Counted from the stretch's first letter, positions 1 through 6,915 are shown. The stretch is 11,495 bases of DNA from Breznakia sp. PF5-3 (GCF_029504745.1 NZ_JAQFIQ010000060.1:1-11495), one strand, 5' to 3'. The notes: generated by a model not told the origin, from the letters alone. A program made the numbers and translations.

Positions 1-111
1 ATGTTTAATCGTCTTTATAGGAATGTCATACCTCGCAGCAATTGTTGAAGTACTCACACCAGAATCTTTTTCTAAAACAATCTTCTTTTTAATTTTGTTA
101 GTCAACTTCAT
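1..111 (-). CDS. First 37 codons of a small helix-turn-helix protein that runs off the window start; transposase-like (IS630/IS3-OrfA style) or a regulator
   Basis: Not in the ORF track because it is truncated. The reverse complement of 1..111 reads ATG AAG TTG ACT... = MKLTNKIKKKIVLEKDSGVSTSTIAARYDIPIKTIKH with no stop. The pattern G-x-S-x-x-x-IA-x-x-Y-x-I-x-x-x-TI is a typical HTH found at transposase N-termini. AAGGGGG lies 8 nt upstream of the ATG (111..109) as a possible SD. The family assignment comes from pattern recall only. Confidence 0.4.
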   Translation of the reverse strand, partial: MKLTNKIKKKIVLEKDSGVSTSTIAARYDIPIKTIKH

Positions 112-117
112 AAGAAA

Positions 118-155
118 AACCCCCTTTGTTAGTTTATTGTCTAACTTTGGGGGTT
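118..155 (-). terminator. Rho-independent terminator downstream of the GH32 gene
   Basis: AACCCCC(118-124)/GGGGGTT(149-155) and GTTAG(128-132)/CTAAC(141-145) pair around an 8-nt loop, with a TTT/TTT internal loop. On the minus strand the hairpin is followed directly by TTTTTCTT. It lies 34 nt after the stop codon at 189-191. Confidence 0.7.
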
Positions 156-188
156 CACATCATTTAGTAGACCTTTTCTATTACATTG

Positions 189-3100
189 TTATTCAGCTTT
201 TTTGCGTGTATAATAAGCAATTCCAAACATTCCAACTAGCAATAAGACAAAGTACAATGAAATGTTTGTTGTATCACCTGTTTGAGTTCCTGCATTAGGT
301 GATGTACTTGGCTTTTTAAACGTTGCATAATCTTCTTTTGATAGGATATTAACTTTAATTTTAATCGTCATGTTTGTATCTCCATCTAGATATCCTAAAG
401 CTTCATAATTACCTATGCGATTAAAATTAACTGCATCGTATTTCCAATCTGTCACATTTACATCCTTACTCGATCCATCAGAATATAATGCAACCACTTT
501 TTTATTTAAACTTTTAAATGCAGTAGTAGCATCACTACCAACAGGAAGATTTAATGTTATAGTTTTTGGTTCTGTGCCTACAAAAACAACACTTTTTTTA
601 ACAATAACTTTAATTTTAGCCTTTGGTAATTCCTCTTGATTACTTTGTGTAGAATCAACTAATGTTCCCACTATTTCATATTCACCTTCGACATTTAAAT
701 TAACCTTATTTAAATCCCAATTGATATCTGTTAATCGCCTAACATCATCATCTTGACGGACAATAACTTGGTTAGGTAATGTTGCTTCAATATCAGATAA
801 TGTCGTAGTACTTCCTAACTCAACATAGATATCTTCAAACATCGATTCAATTGCTACAATTTTACCTTCACTTGTTAAATACACATCATTGAAGAATGAA
901 TTTGAGCGATATGTCACAAGTCCAAAGTATCCTCCATCAAATCCTGAGTTTTCTTGAACCCCTGCTAAAGTCCCATCGATATAAAATGATAATTTCCCTT
1001 TACCATCATATTCAACTTTAATTGCAAATTCTTTTTTCGCTTTTTCTTCAACACTCAACGCTCTTTCTACACTCCAGTTTTGACCACCCGTATTTTTAAA
1101 GAGCTTTGTAATGCCAGCTGTTTTATCAATATTTACACAATACCAATGTGATGCAGGGTTTTCAATATCTTTAACACCAAAAACCAAACCTCCTGCTTGC
1201 CCACTATCTAATATCAATGTTCCTTCATAAACAAAAGGCTTATCTTTTGATAAATAGGTATCGCTCAGATAGAAACTATCTCCAGCACCAGCATTTTTAC
1301 CATAAAGACCAAATTCATCTTTTTCCCAGCTACCGCCCTTTGTTCGCCAATCAAGTAAATTCGTATCAAATATTCGCTCAATTGCTTTTACTTCTACCTC
1401 ACGTTTAATTGCATTTGATTGGGTTGTAGCAGCAATTTTATAAGTTCCTTTTGCTTTCGCTTTGAATACTATATATCCTTCTTGTTGATCCATTACTTCT
1501 AACTTATCATCATAATCCCAAGTTACTTTCTTATTCGTTGCTGAATTTGGATATACATTTGCACTTACAGTAAACACTTCACCAACTTCAACCTTTTCTG
1601 GTGATGCCAAAGATAAGATGGTTGGTTCACTTCCCGTTGAACCATTTGCTTTCCCTGTATACATAGATTTCATATCGTATACTTTTAATTCATCTACTTT
1701 TACATCTCCATCCACAACAAATAACTCCATACCGATACTATCCATATCAGGGAAACATAAATCACTAATATTCGCTTCCCCATCATTTCCATAAGTTTCA
1801 ATTACACCATTATCTACAAGCGCACGAAGTTTAATCTTATTTCCTTCCATTGGATATAACTCCCAACTGATAACTTCATTATAAACCGGTCCTGATGAAG
1901 CTTTATCAAGTACCATTAAATTGGTATCTCGATTATACTTAAGAACTGTTTTTTGACCATTTCCAGTACGCAAATTAAAGCCAAACTCTTTTGCACTTCC
2001 TAATGTGAAAGTAGCTTCAATATCATATGTTTGCCCTGTTACATTTTGTAGTATATTTGTATCTTTTGAACTTACTGTTTTATTTTTAACTTCATACAAT
2101 AACGTATCTCGATATGCATCTACTTCCTCTACAGGATTATGCACTAACATATATTCCCCATTTACTTTACGTAATGTAATTTCTGTCCCAACTGATTGAA
2201 ATCCATTATATCGCTTATCTGGGAATGTTCCAGGTGCTGAATAATCTTGTAACCAACTTACTAAAATGCGACGATCTTGACCACTTCCATCATTGTAGAA
2301 ACTTTGCCCTGCATACATATATGTGCGTCCGGTAGGTGAAGGAAGTCGATATGTTTCACTGATGAAATTGTAACCACCAGCTTCTGTTTTCTTTAAATCT
2401 CCAATTACATAAAATTCACTACTTCCATTATATACCCATTTTGTTTCTCCAGTCCCTTCGACTACAAGCGGGAACAAATCGGGACACTCTGAATGCAATT
2501 CACTACCATCTGGATATGTGAAATCTTGTTCGTGTTGCCAATTTTTTAAATCATCAGATGAGAACAATCTTCCTCGTCCTCCTGCAACAACCATCAACCA
2601 TTTCCCATCATATTTAAATACTTTAGGATCACGGAAATCCCAACCATATGGTGTTCCTATATTACTAATTACAGGATTTCCATCATATTTTGTCCAAGTG
2701 ACACCATGATCTTTTGAATAAGCGATACTTTGTTGTTGTACACTTCCAGCATGAGTAAACATTGCTACCAATTTTGACTCTCCTGGTTTATTGTCACTAA
2801 AGAATCCTGATGTATTATCTTCATCTACAACACATGACCCTGAGAATATTGCTCCTAACTCATCCATTGGTATTGCCACTGGCATTTCTTCCCAACTCAT
2901 CAAATCATTGGATACAGCATGTCCCCATGTTTGAGAACCCATATGTCCTACTTGAGGACTATATTGATAAAACATATGCCAGTTTCCATCACTTGGATCA
3001 TATACCAATCCATTTGGATCATTCATAAAATTAATCTCTGGAGAGAAATGGAATTGTGCACGTTGAGCTTCTCTTGCCATATCTTCTACATTTGATTTAC

Positions 3101-4538
3101 GTGTAAGTTTTACTAAGATAGTTCTTTCGATATCATCTTTCTTCACTACTACATATAAATTACTTTCCCCGACTGGTACATCAATATTAGTACTTGCAAC
3201 TCCACTAGTAAGCGGTTTTTTATCAACAATGGTATTTCCTTTTGCATCAACTAATGAATAAAATAAATCATTATCACTGGATGCTTTTATTTTTATTGAT
3301 TCACTTTTTCTTGGAATATAACCAGCATAAGCAATTGTATCTTCATTAAATTCAGGAGTTAAAATAACATCATCACCAAGCAATTCTAATCCTGTTAGTT
3401 TAGGATAATTACTTGCTGTAATTGGTGTTTGTTTTACATTTTGATATACAACTGTACTATTCCATGTTAACAGTCCAAAACGCCCTGATTGATAATCGTT
3501 ATCTGTTCCTGCTATCAATAAAAGATCATCTACATAATATTGAAAAGTATTTCCTACTGCAATAACTTTTATGTGGAATGTCTCTTTATCTGCATTTGGT
3601 AAAGTTGCTGAACCTACATTCGCTCCACTTGGAAATTTGAATAAGCGCAAAGACTTATCAGCGCGATTGATATTCGCTACATAAGATTTTCTAACATCAT
3701 CTTTATCAGCTCTAAAAAGTAGTGCCGCTGCTCCACTGTCTCCAACCTTTACATCTGCTTCATAAATAAAGTCATTTCCTTCACTATCTGATATTGCGAA
3801 ATTATCACCATTACCAGAAGATAGTAATCCAGCATTTGATGTCACCCAAGATCCATTCATTCCTCTTAGATTTGATAAATTAGTTATAAAATTATTTTCC
3901 AATTCACGATATCTAGTCACATCAATGTTTTTAAAATTCGCTGTTGCATTCCATGTAAGCAACCCCAAATATCCTCCCACATAACGACCAGCAAAGTCCT
4001 TCTTCATTTCATAGTCAACTTTTTGATCATTAATCGTGATGATAAGTTCTTTATTATCATTAACCGTTACTTTTGTTTTTAGTGGTTGTGTTGTATCGAT
4101 GCCACTAAGTACCTTACATTTTTCAATTACACCATCACCTAGTCCACCAGAACCATCTTGGAATAATTTAATATAAATATCTGCACTTTCTGCATTTCCA
4201 TCACGACTAATCTCTAATCCAAAGAAAGTACCAATATTTTTATAATCTTTATTCGTTGCCCCAAAAATTAAAGCAGCACTTGTATCTAACAATTCAATAT
4301 CCGCTTCATAATCAAACGTATATGCTGCTAATTCTGATATTGCATGGTTGTTACCACCTGTATTATGCAACTTATATCCTTTATTTATAACTTCAACATT
4401 CGTTCCTTTTAAATTCGTCAATTCATAAAAATGTTCGCCACTGTCTGCTGTAATCTTTAAATTCGTCATGCTTGTAAAAACAATAGCTAGTGAAAACATT
4501 ATTTTGAATACTCTGTCCAAATATGATTTTTTCTTCAT
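189..4538 (-). CDS. Secreted multidomain glycoside hydrolase family 32 fructan beta-fructosidase (levanase/inulinase type), 1449 aa, with a C-terminal wall-sorting-like tail
   Basis: ORF track gives 189..4595. I trimmed the start to ATG 4538 (M20 of the track protein) because AAGGAGGG (4542..4548 on minus) sits just upstream. MKKKSYLDRVFKIMFSLAIVFTSMTNLKITA-DS then reads as a signal peptide. GH32 catalytic motifs are intact: FMNDPNG (3009..3026), FRDPKV with RDP at 2625..2633, and ECPDLF with EC at 2484..2489. Accessory modules by sequence pattern: three ConA/LamG-like beta-sandwich modules (about 3912..4430, 3426..3893, 873..1373), recognised from recurring motifs ALIFGA/ALLFRA/GLVFGV and GGYLGLLTWN/GRFGLLTWN/GGYFGLVTYR. 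There is also a cadherin-like beta-sandwich (about 3102..3404), a Big_2-like Ig domain (about 1380..1622) and two Ig-like repeats (about 345..863). Confidence 0.9.
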   Translation of the reverse strand: MKKKSYLDRVFKIMFSLAIVFTSMTNLKITADSGEHFYELTNLKGTNVEVINKGYKLHNTGGNNHAISELAAYTFDYEADIELLDTSAALIFGATNKDYKNIGTFFGLEISRDGNAESADIYIKLFQDGSGGLGDGVIEKCKVLSGIDTTQPLKTKVTVNDNKELIITINDQKVDYEMKKDFAGRYVGGYLGLLTWNATANFKNIDVTRYRELENNFITNLSNLRGMNGSWVTSNAGLLSSGNGDNFAISDSEGNDFIYEADVKVGDSGAAALLFRADKDDVRKSYVANINRADKSLRLFKFPSGANVGSATLPNADKETFHIKVIAVGNTFQYYVDDLLLIAGTDNDYQSGRFGLLTWNSTVVYQNVKQTPITASNYPKLTGLELLGDDVILTPEFNEDTIAYAGYIPRKSESIKIKASSDNDLFYSLVDAKGNTIVDKKPLTSGVASTNIDVPVGESNLYVVVKKDDIERTILVKLTRKSNVEDMAREAQRAQFHFSPEINFMNDPNGLVYDPSDGNWHMFYQYSPQVGHMGSQTWGHAVSNDLMSWEEMPVAIPMDELGAIFSGSCVVDEDNTSGFFSDNKPGESKLVAMFTHAGSVQQQSIAYSKDHGVTWTKYDGNPVISNIGTPYGWDFRDPKVFKYDGKWLMVVAGGRGRLFSSDDLKNWQHEQDFTYPDGSELHSECPDLFPLVVEGTGETKWVYNGSSEFYVIGDLKKTEAGGYNFISETYRLPSPTGRTYMYAGQSFYNDGSGQDRRILVSWLQDYSAPGTFPDKRYNGFQSVGTEITLRKVNGEYMLVHNPVEEVDAYRDTLLYEVKNKTVSSKDTNILQNVTGQTYDIEATFTLGSAKEFGFNLRTGNGQKTVLKYNRDTNLMVLDKASSGPVYNEVISWELYPMEGNKIKLRALVDNGVIETYGNDGEANISDLCFPDMDSIGMELFVVDGDVKVDELKVYDMKSMYTGKANGSTGSEPTILSLASPEKVEVGEVFTVSANVYPNSATNKKVTWDYDDKLEVMDQQEGYIVFKAKAKGTYKIAATTQSNAIKREVEVKAIERIFDTNLLDWRTKGGSWEKDEFGLYGKNAGAGDSFYLSDTYLSKDKPFVYEGTLILDSGQAGGLVFGVKDIENPASHWYCVNIDKTAGITKLFKNTGGQNWSVERALSVEEKAKKEFAIKVEYDGKGKLSFYIDGTLAGVQENSGFDGGYFGLVTYRSNSFFNDVYLTSEGKIVAIESMFEDIYVELGSTTTLSDIEATLPNQVIVRQDDDVRRLTDINWDLNKVNLNVEGEYEIVGTLVDSTQSNQEELPKAKIKVIVKKSVVFVGTEPKTITLNLPVGSDATTAFKSLNKKVVALYSDGSSKDVNVTDWKYDAVNFNRIGNYEALGYLDGDTNMTIKIKVNILSKEDYATFKKPSTSPNAGTQTGDTTNISLYFVLLLVGMFGIAYYTRKKAE
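192..314 (-). other. C-terminal sorting-signal-like tail: GTQTG motif, hydrophobic helix, basic tail
   Basis: KKPSTSPNAGTQTGDTTNISLYFVLLLVGMFGIAYYTRKKAE. GTQTG is encoded at 276..290 (reverse complement GGA ACT CAA ACA GGT). The architecture matches a sortase substrate, but the LP of LPXTG is replaced by GT. Confidence 0.55.
1671..3062 (-). other. GH32 catalytic beta-propeller plus GH32 C-terminal beta-sandwich region inside the large CDS
   Basis: Track-protein residues about 512-975. The nucleophile motif NDPNG, the RDP motif and the acid/base EC motif occur in canonical order and spacing. Domain boundaries are approximate and judged by eye. Confidence 0.8.
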
Positions 4539-4656
4539 ATTCCCTCCTTGTATTTTAATATAAATAATTATCCTCATCCATACACTGCTATACATGTCTA
4601 CCTTAAAGTATTGAACGATACCTCCTCTCTATAACATTAAGTGCTTTCTCAGCATT

Positions 4657-4685
4657 ATCATACCGCCAAAACATTCACAGAACAA
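4657..4685 (-). promoter_or_regulatory. Weak candidate sigma-A promoter for the GH32 gene
   Basis: On the minus strand: TTGTTC (4680..4685), 17 nt spacer, TATGAT (4657..4662, followed by AAT). The -35 is poor. An alternative, TTGCAA-18-TACGAT, lies further upstream. Either would give a 5' leader of at least about 110 nt. Confidence 0.25.
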
Positions 4686-4753
4686 TTGACAATCGTACCA
4701 ATTTATTATTAACATTTGCAATAAAAATATTATATTTATGAAACATAAAAAAA

Positions 4754-4769
4754 GATTGCCGAAGCAATC
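4754..4769. terminator. Bidirectional hairpin terminator after the lipoprotein gene
   Basis: GATTGC(4754-4759) cgaa GCAATC(4764-4769). On the minus strand this is a C(UUCG)G tetraloop hairpin followed by TTTTTTTA, and on the plus strand it is followed by ATTTTT. It sits about 20 nt after the stop at 4790-4792. The stem is short at 6 bp. Confidence 0.6.
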
Positions 4770-4789
4770 ATTTTTAGTTCTATTATTTT

Positions 4790-5308
4790 TTATTTAGCAA
4801 TTGAAAGTTTTACTTCAATCTTCTCACTCATATTATCAAACTTTATATAATAGTCTCCATTTCCATCATATATAAAATGCATGAGCGTATCTACAGAAGC
4901 TCCACTACGTAGTGAATCTGTACCTGCAGTCCATGCTACATCATCATCAAAAAAGGCACTGACATCATCAAGTGTAGATCCTGAAGTTCCATAAACTTTA
5001 TAATAAAACATATTCAATCCATTTGTATCATCGCTTGTATTGGTTATCTTAACTGGTACAATAGCAACTTCTGAACCATTCAAGTCCGAATATTGATTAT
5101 CTATCGTTGCAAATGTAACTGGTTCGCTAAATACAATTTCTAAACCATCAAACTCTATTACATCACCATATGTAAGTTCTTTTTTCTCTTCTTTCTTTGT
5201 TTCTTCTTGTTTCTTATCTTCTTTATCTGTATCAGCATCATCAACTGTACACCCTACTGCTACAAAACCTAATACAAATACAACCAATATACTCATTATC
5301 TTTTTCAT
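4790..5308 (-). CDS. Lipoprotein with a lysine/glutamate-rich linker and an Ig-like beta-sandwich domain (DUF4352/DUF5067-like)
   Basis: MKKIMSILVVFVLGFVAVG-C gives a signal peptide with lipobox AVGC. A GAGGAGGAG SD (5314..5322 on minus) lies 5 nt from the ATG at 5308. The linker is DKEDKKQEETKKEEKKE. The remainder (GDVIEFDGLEIVF...VAIVPVKITNTSDD...YKVYGTSG) resembles the DUF4352 type of extracytoplasmic domain. That family call is from recall and needs an HMM check. Confidence 0.75.
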   Translation of the reverse strand: MKKIMSILVVFVLGFVAVGCTVDDADTDKEDKKQEETKKEEKKELTYGDVIEFDGLEIVFSEPVTFATIDNQYSDLNGSEVAIVPVKITNTSDDTNGLNMFYYKVYGTSGSTLDDVSAFFDDDVAWTAGTDSLRSGASVDTLMHFIYDGNGDYYIKFDNMSEKIEVKLSIAK

Positions 5309-5356
5309 CTTTTCTCCTCCTCTAGTTGCATTATATAAAAATGAAAAAGATATTTG

Positions 5357-5373
5357 GTATGCTTATAGCATAC
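5357..5373 (-). terminator. Weak stem-loop just after the kinase stop; possible leaky terminator or processing site
   Basis: GTATGCT(5357-5363) tat AGCATAC(5367-5373), 5 nt after the stop at 5379-5381. On the minus strand the T-run (CTTTTTCATTTTT) begins only after 8 more nt, so termination is doubtful and read-through into the lipoprotein gene is plausible. Confidence 0.3.
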
Positions 5374-5378
5374 ATACT

Positions 5379-6383
5379 TTATGTTAGTATATTAGCGATA
5401 CTCATAATCACAAAAATTCCTCCCAATAACATTGTAAACCAAATAAAAACCTTGCCGATCAATCTAAATCTTTTGAAAAAATTAAATCGATCAACATCTA
5501 AATAATTCGTAACAAATATAACCGTTAAACCAAGCATATAAATAACTTCCACTTTGGTAACAATCATTTCAGAAAGCGTTGTATCACCTGTGTTCTCAAT
5601 AAAAGCAATAATAAAAATAAGAAAAAGATACGACAAGGTTCCTACCAACATGTGAAAGCCATTATTTGTTCGAAACCCTGGTAATGTATATTTTGATTTA
5701 TTTTGTTTTATCATCATTAAATCATTCCTTAATTTTTGTAAATTACTATAACGAAAATCAGGATCAATTTTTGTACACTTTAATACAATGCTACGAAATC
5801 TCGTAATTGTAAGATCAACACTTGCTAAAGAACCCGTACACATTTCATTCAATATATTACCAAATGCATATATATCACTCTTCTCATTACTCGATGCAAA
5901 ACCATATTGCTCAGGAGCAGCATATCCTACACTCCCCAAAATTCTAGTATCTCGTGATTTATCAATGGATATTTTCTTTGCAATATCAAAATCAATAATC
6001 TTTACTATATTTTTCACCACAATAATATTTTCTGGTTTCAAATCACGATGAACAATCTTATGCTTATGCAACTGAGCCAAAGCATCTACAATTTGAATCG
6101 CGTAATCCGCAATCACCTCGTTAAATGATAATGGTATTGTTTCGCGTAACGTTTGCCCATCCAAATATTCTTCAATCACTTCAAATCCGCCTACAATCTC
6201 ATTGATTTCATAAATTTTTGGAAAATGATCTATGGGTAAATATTTTAACCTTTCATATATATCCCGGTTTTCATGCTGAAAAAACTGTTTTCGTACAAAC
6301 CGTTTTTCTTTACTTTCAACAACTTCAATACGTTTAAACTCACTATCAAGTAACGTATCTTTAAGGATATAAGTTTTTTCCAT
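5379..6383 (-). CDS. Atypical Hanks-type Ser/Thr protein kinase with a C-terminal three-helix membrane tail and no extracellular domain
   Basis: ORF track gives 5379..6413, starting at TTG. I prefer ATG 6383 (MEKTYILKD...). Motifs: HRDLKPEN (6027..6050), DFD in place of DFG (5985..5993), GSVGYAAPE, DIYAFGNILNEMCTG, and FVRK lysine plus YERL glutamate for subdomains II/III. Where GxGxxG should be, the sequence is LLDSEFKRIEVV with no glycine. The last about 90 aa (about 5382..5657) contain three hydrophobic helices: MLVGTLSYLFLIFIIAFI, VIYMLGLTVIFV and VFIWFTMLLGGIFVIMSIA. Confidence 0.85.
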   Translation of the reverse strand: MEKTYILKDTLLDSEFKRIEVVESKEKRFVRKQFFQHENRDIYERLKYLPIDHFPKIYEINEIVGGFEVIEEYLDGQTLRETIPLSFNEVIADYAIQIVDALAQLHKHKIVHRDLKPENIIVVKNIVKIIDFDIAKKISIDKSRDTRILGSVGYAAPEQYGFASSNEKSDIYAFGNILNEMCTGSLASVDLTITRFRSIVLKCTKIDPDFRYSNLQKLRNDLMMIKQNKSKYTLPGFRTNNGFHMLVGTLSYLFLIFIIAFIENTGDTTLSEMIVTKVEVIYMLGLTVIFVTNYLDVDRFNFFKRFRLIGKVFIWFTMLLGGIFVIMSIANILT

Positions 6384-6392
6384 ATCGCAACC

Positions 6393-6401
6393 ATTATAGC
6401 A
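6393..6401 (-). promoter_or_regulatory. Extended -10 promoter (TGcTATAAT) placed to give a leaderless or near-leaderless kinase mRNA
   Basis: The minus strand reads TTATTATGCTATAATGGTTGCGATATG. TATAAT = 6393..6398 and the upstream TG = 6400..6401. Only 9 nt separate the -10 from ATG 6383, and no SD precedes either ATG 6383 or TTG 6413. Confidence 0.4.
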
Positions 6402-6447
6402 TAATAAAACCAATTATGATGTATGCTTTTAGCACACAGGTTTGTCG

Positions 6448-6476
6448 TTGTCATTTCATTTTTTTCATTATATGAT
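6448..6476 (+). promoter_or_regulatory. Sigma-A promoter for the HTH gene
   Basis: TTGTCA (6448..6453), exactly 17 nt, then TATGAT (6471..6476). The ATG at 6492 follows 15 nt later with GGTGA as a weak SD. The promoter lies inside the track ORF's N-terminal extension, which argues against the 6423 start. Confidence 0.55.
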
Positions 6477-6491
6477 GATGTTGGTGATAGA

Positions 6492-6911
6492 ATGAGAGAA
6501 AAGAAAACAAGTGATCTAGAACAAATTCTAAAACATGCATCACACCAAGAATTAAAAAATTATATGAATCAAATCAATGATATTAGTTTTATTGAATATT
6601 TTGCCTGTTTATTAAAGAAATATAACATGAGCAAGGGTGAAGTTATCAATAAGACAAACATTGATCGTACATATGCTTATCAAATACTTCAGGGAAGAAA
6701 ACATGGTAGCAAAGATAAAATTTTTCAATTGGCTTTAGGTTTAAAATGCTCGCTGTATGAATGTAATACATTATTACAACTAAATGATAAATCAAAGCTT
6801 TACCCCAAGCGAAGAAGAGATAGTATTCTCATTTTTGCTCTTGAATCAAAAATTAATGTTTTCGAAACAAATGAACTTCTTGTTGAATTCCAAGAAGACA
6901 TCTTACAATAA
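6492..6911 (+). CDS. XRE-family-like helix-turn-helix protein, 139 aa
   Basis: ORF track gives 6423..6911, trimmed to M24 (MREKKTSDLEQIL...) because of the promoter position. The HTH-like core is MSKGEVINKTNIDRTYAYQILQGRKHGSKDKIFQLALGLKCSLYECNTLLQ, followed by LYPKRRRDSILIFAL. I recall this pattern from a widespread Bacillota family of small HTH regulators. It is the only plus-strand gene and is divergent from the kinase. Confidence 0.7.
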   Translation: MREKKTSDLEQILKHASHQELKNYMNQINDISFIEYFACLLKKYNMSKGEVINKTNIDRTYAYQILQGRKHGSKDKIFQLALGLKCSLYECNTLLQLNDKSKLYPKRRRDSILIFALESKINVFETNELLVEFQEDILQ

Positions 6912-6915
6912 AAAC

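Noticed and set aside
23-3028. Plus-strand ORFs 23..298, 415..639, 1217..1408, 2005..2199, 2518..2709 and 2810..3028, which lie antisense to the GH32 gene
   Set aside because: All but the first 166 nt of 23..298 (which runs through the 1..111 CDS and the terminator) lie within a 1449-aa CDS that has clear family motifs. Their translations are low-complexity and leucine/phenylalanine-rich, as expected from reading AT-rich coding DNA backwards. I saw no obvious SD before their start codons.
4539-4595. 19-codon N-terminal extension of the GH32 ORF (MYSSVWMRIIIYIKIQGGN)
   Set aside because: No SD precedes ATG 4595. The AAGGAGGG site lies inside the extension, just before the second ATG, which begins a canonical signal peptide.
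4687-4700. cre/LacI-operator-like sequence TGACAATCGTACCA upstream of the fructanase
   Set aside because: Against the CcpA cre consensus TGWNANCGNTNWCA, the outer positions match but the central CG is displaced by one base, and the two halves are not a good palindrome. It is too weak to call without comparative data.
6393-6405. 13-bp palindrome ATTATAGCATAAT over the kinase -10 region as a possible HTH operator
   Set aside because: Most of the symmetry comes from the near-palindromic TATAAT box itself, so there is no independent evidence for a binding site.
5355-6430. The same short words (TTATAGCATA and GTATGCTT, i.e. the 7-mer GTATGCT and its complement) occur in both flanks of the kinase gene, at 5357..5373 and at 6394..6428
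   Set aside because: Exact repeats of 8-10 nt are expected many times by chance in an 11.5-kb AT-rich window. The relative arrangement of the two words also differs between the flanks: an adjacent hairpin on one side, reversed order with about 17 nt spacing on the other. It could be a regulator half-site, but the sequence alone does not support that.
5788-6454. ORFs 5788..6051 (+) and 6245..6454 (-) overlapping the kinase gene
   Set aside because: They are out of frame with or antisense to a CDS that has complete kinase motifs. They have no SD, and their translations have no recognisable features.
6423-6491. 23-codon N-terminal extension of the HTH ORF (MLLAHRFVVVISFFSLYDDVGDR)
   Set aside because: A well-spaced TTGTCA-17-TATGAT promoter lies inside this stretch, so the mRNA most likely starts downstream of 6476. 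The extension is hydrophobic and unlike HTH family N-termini.
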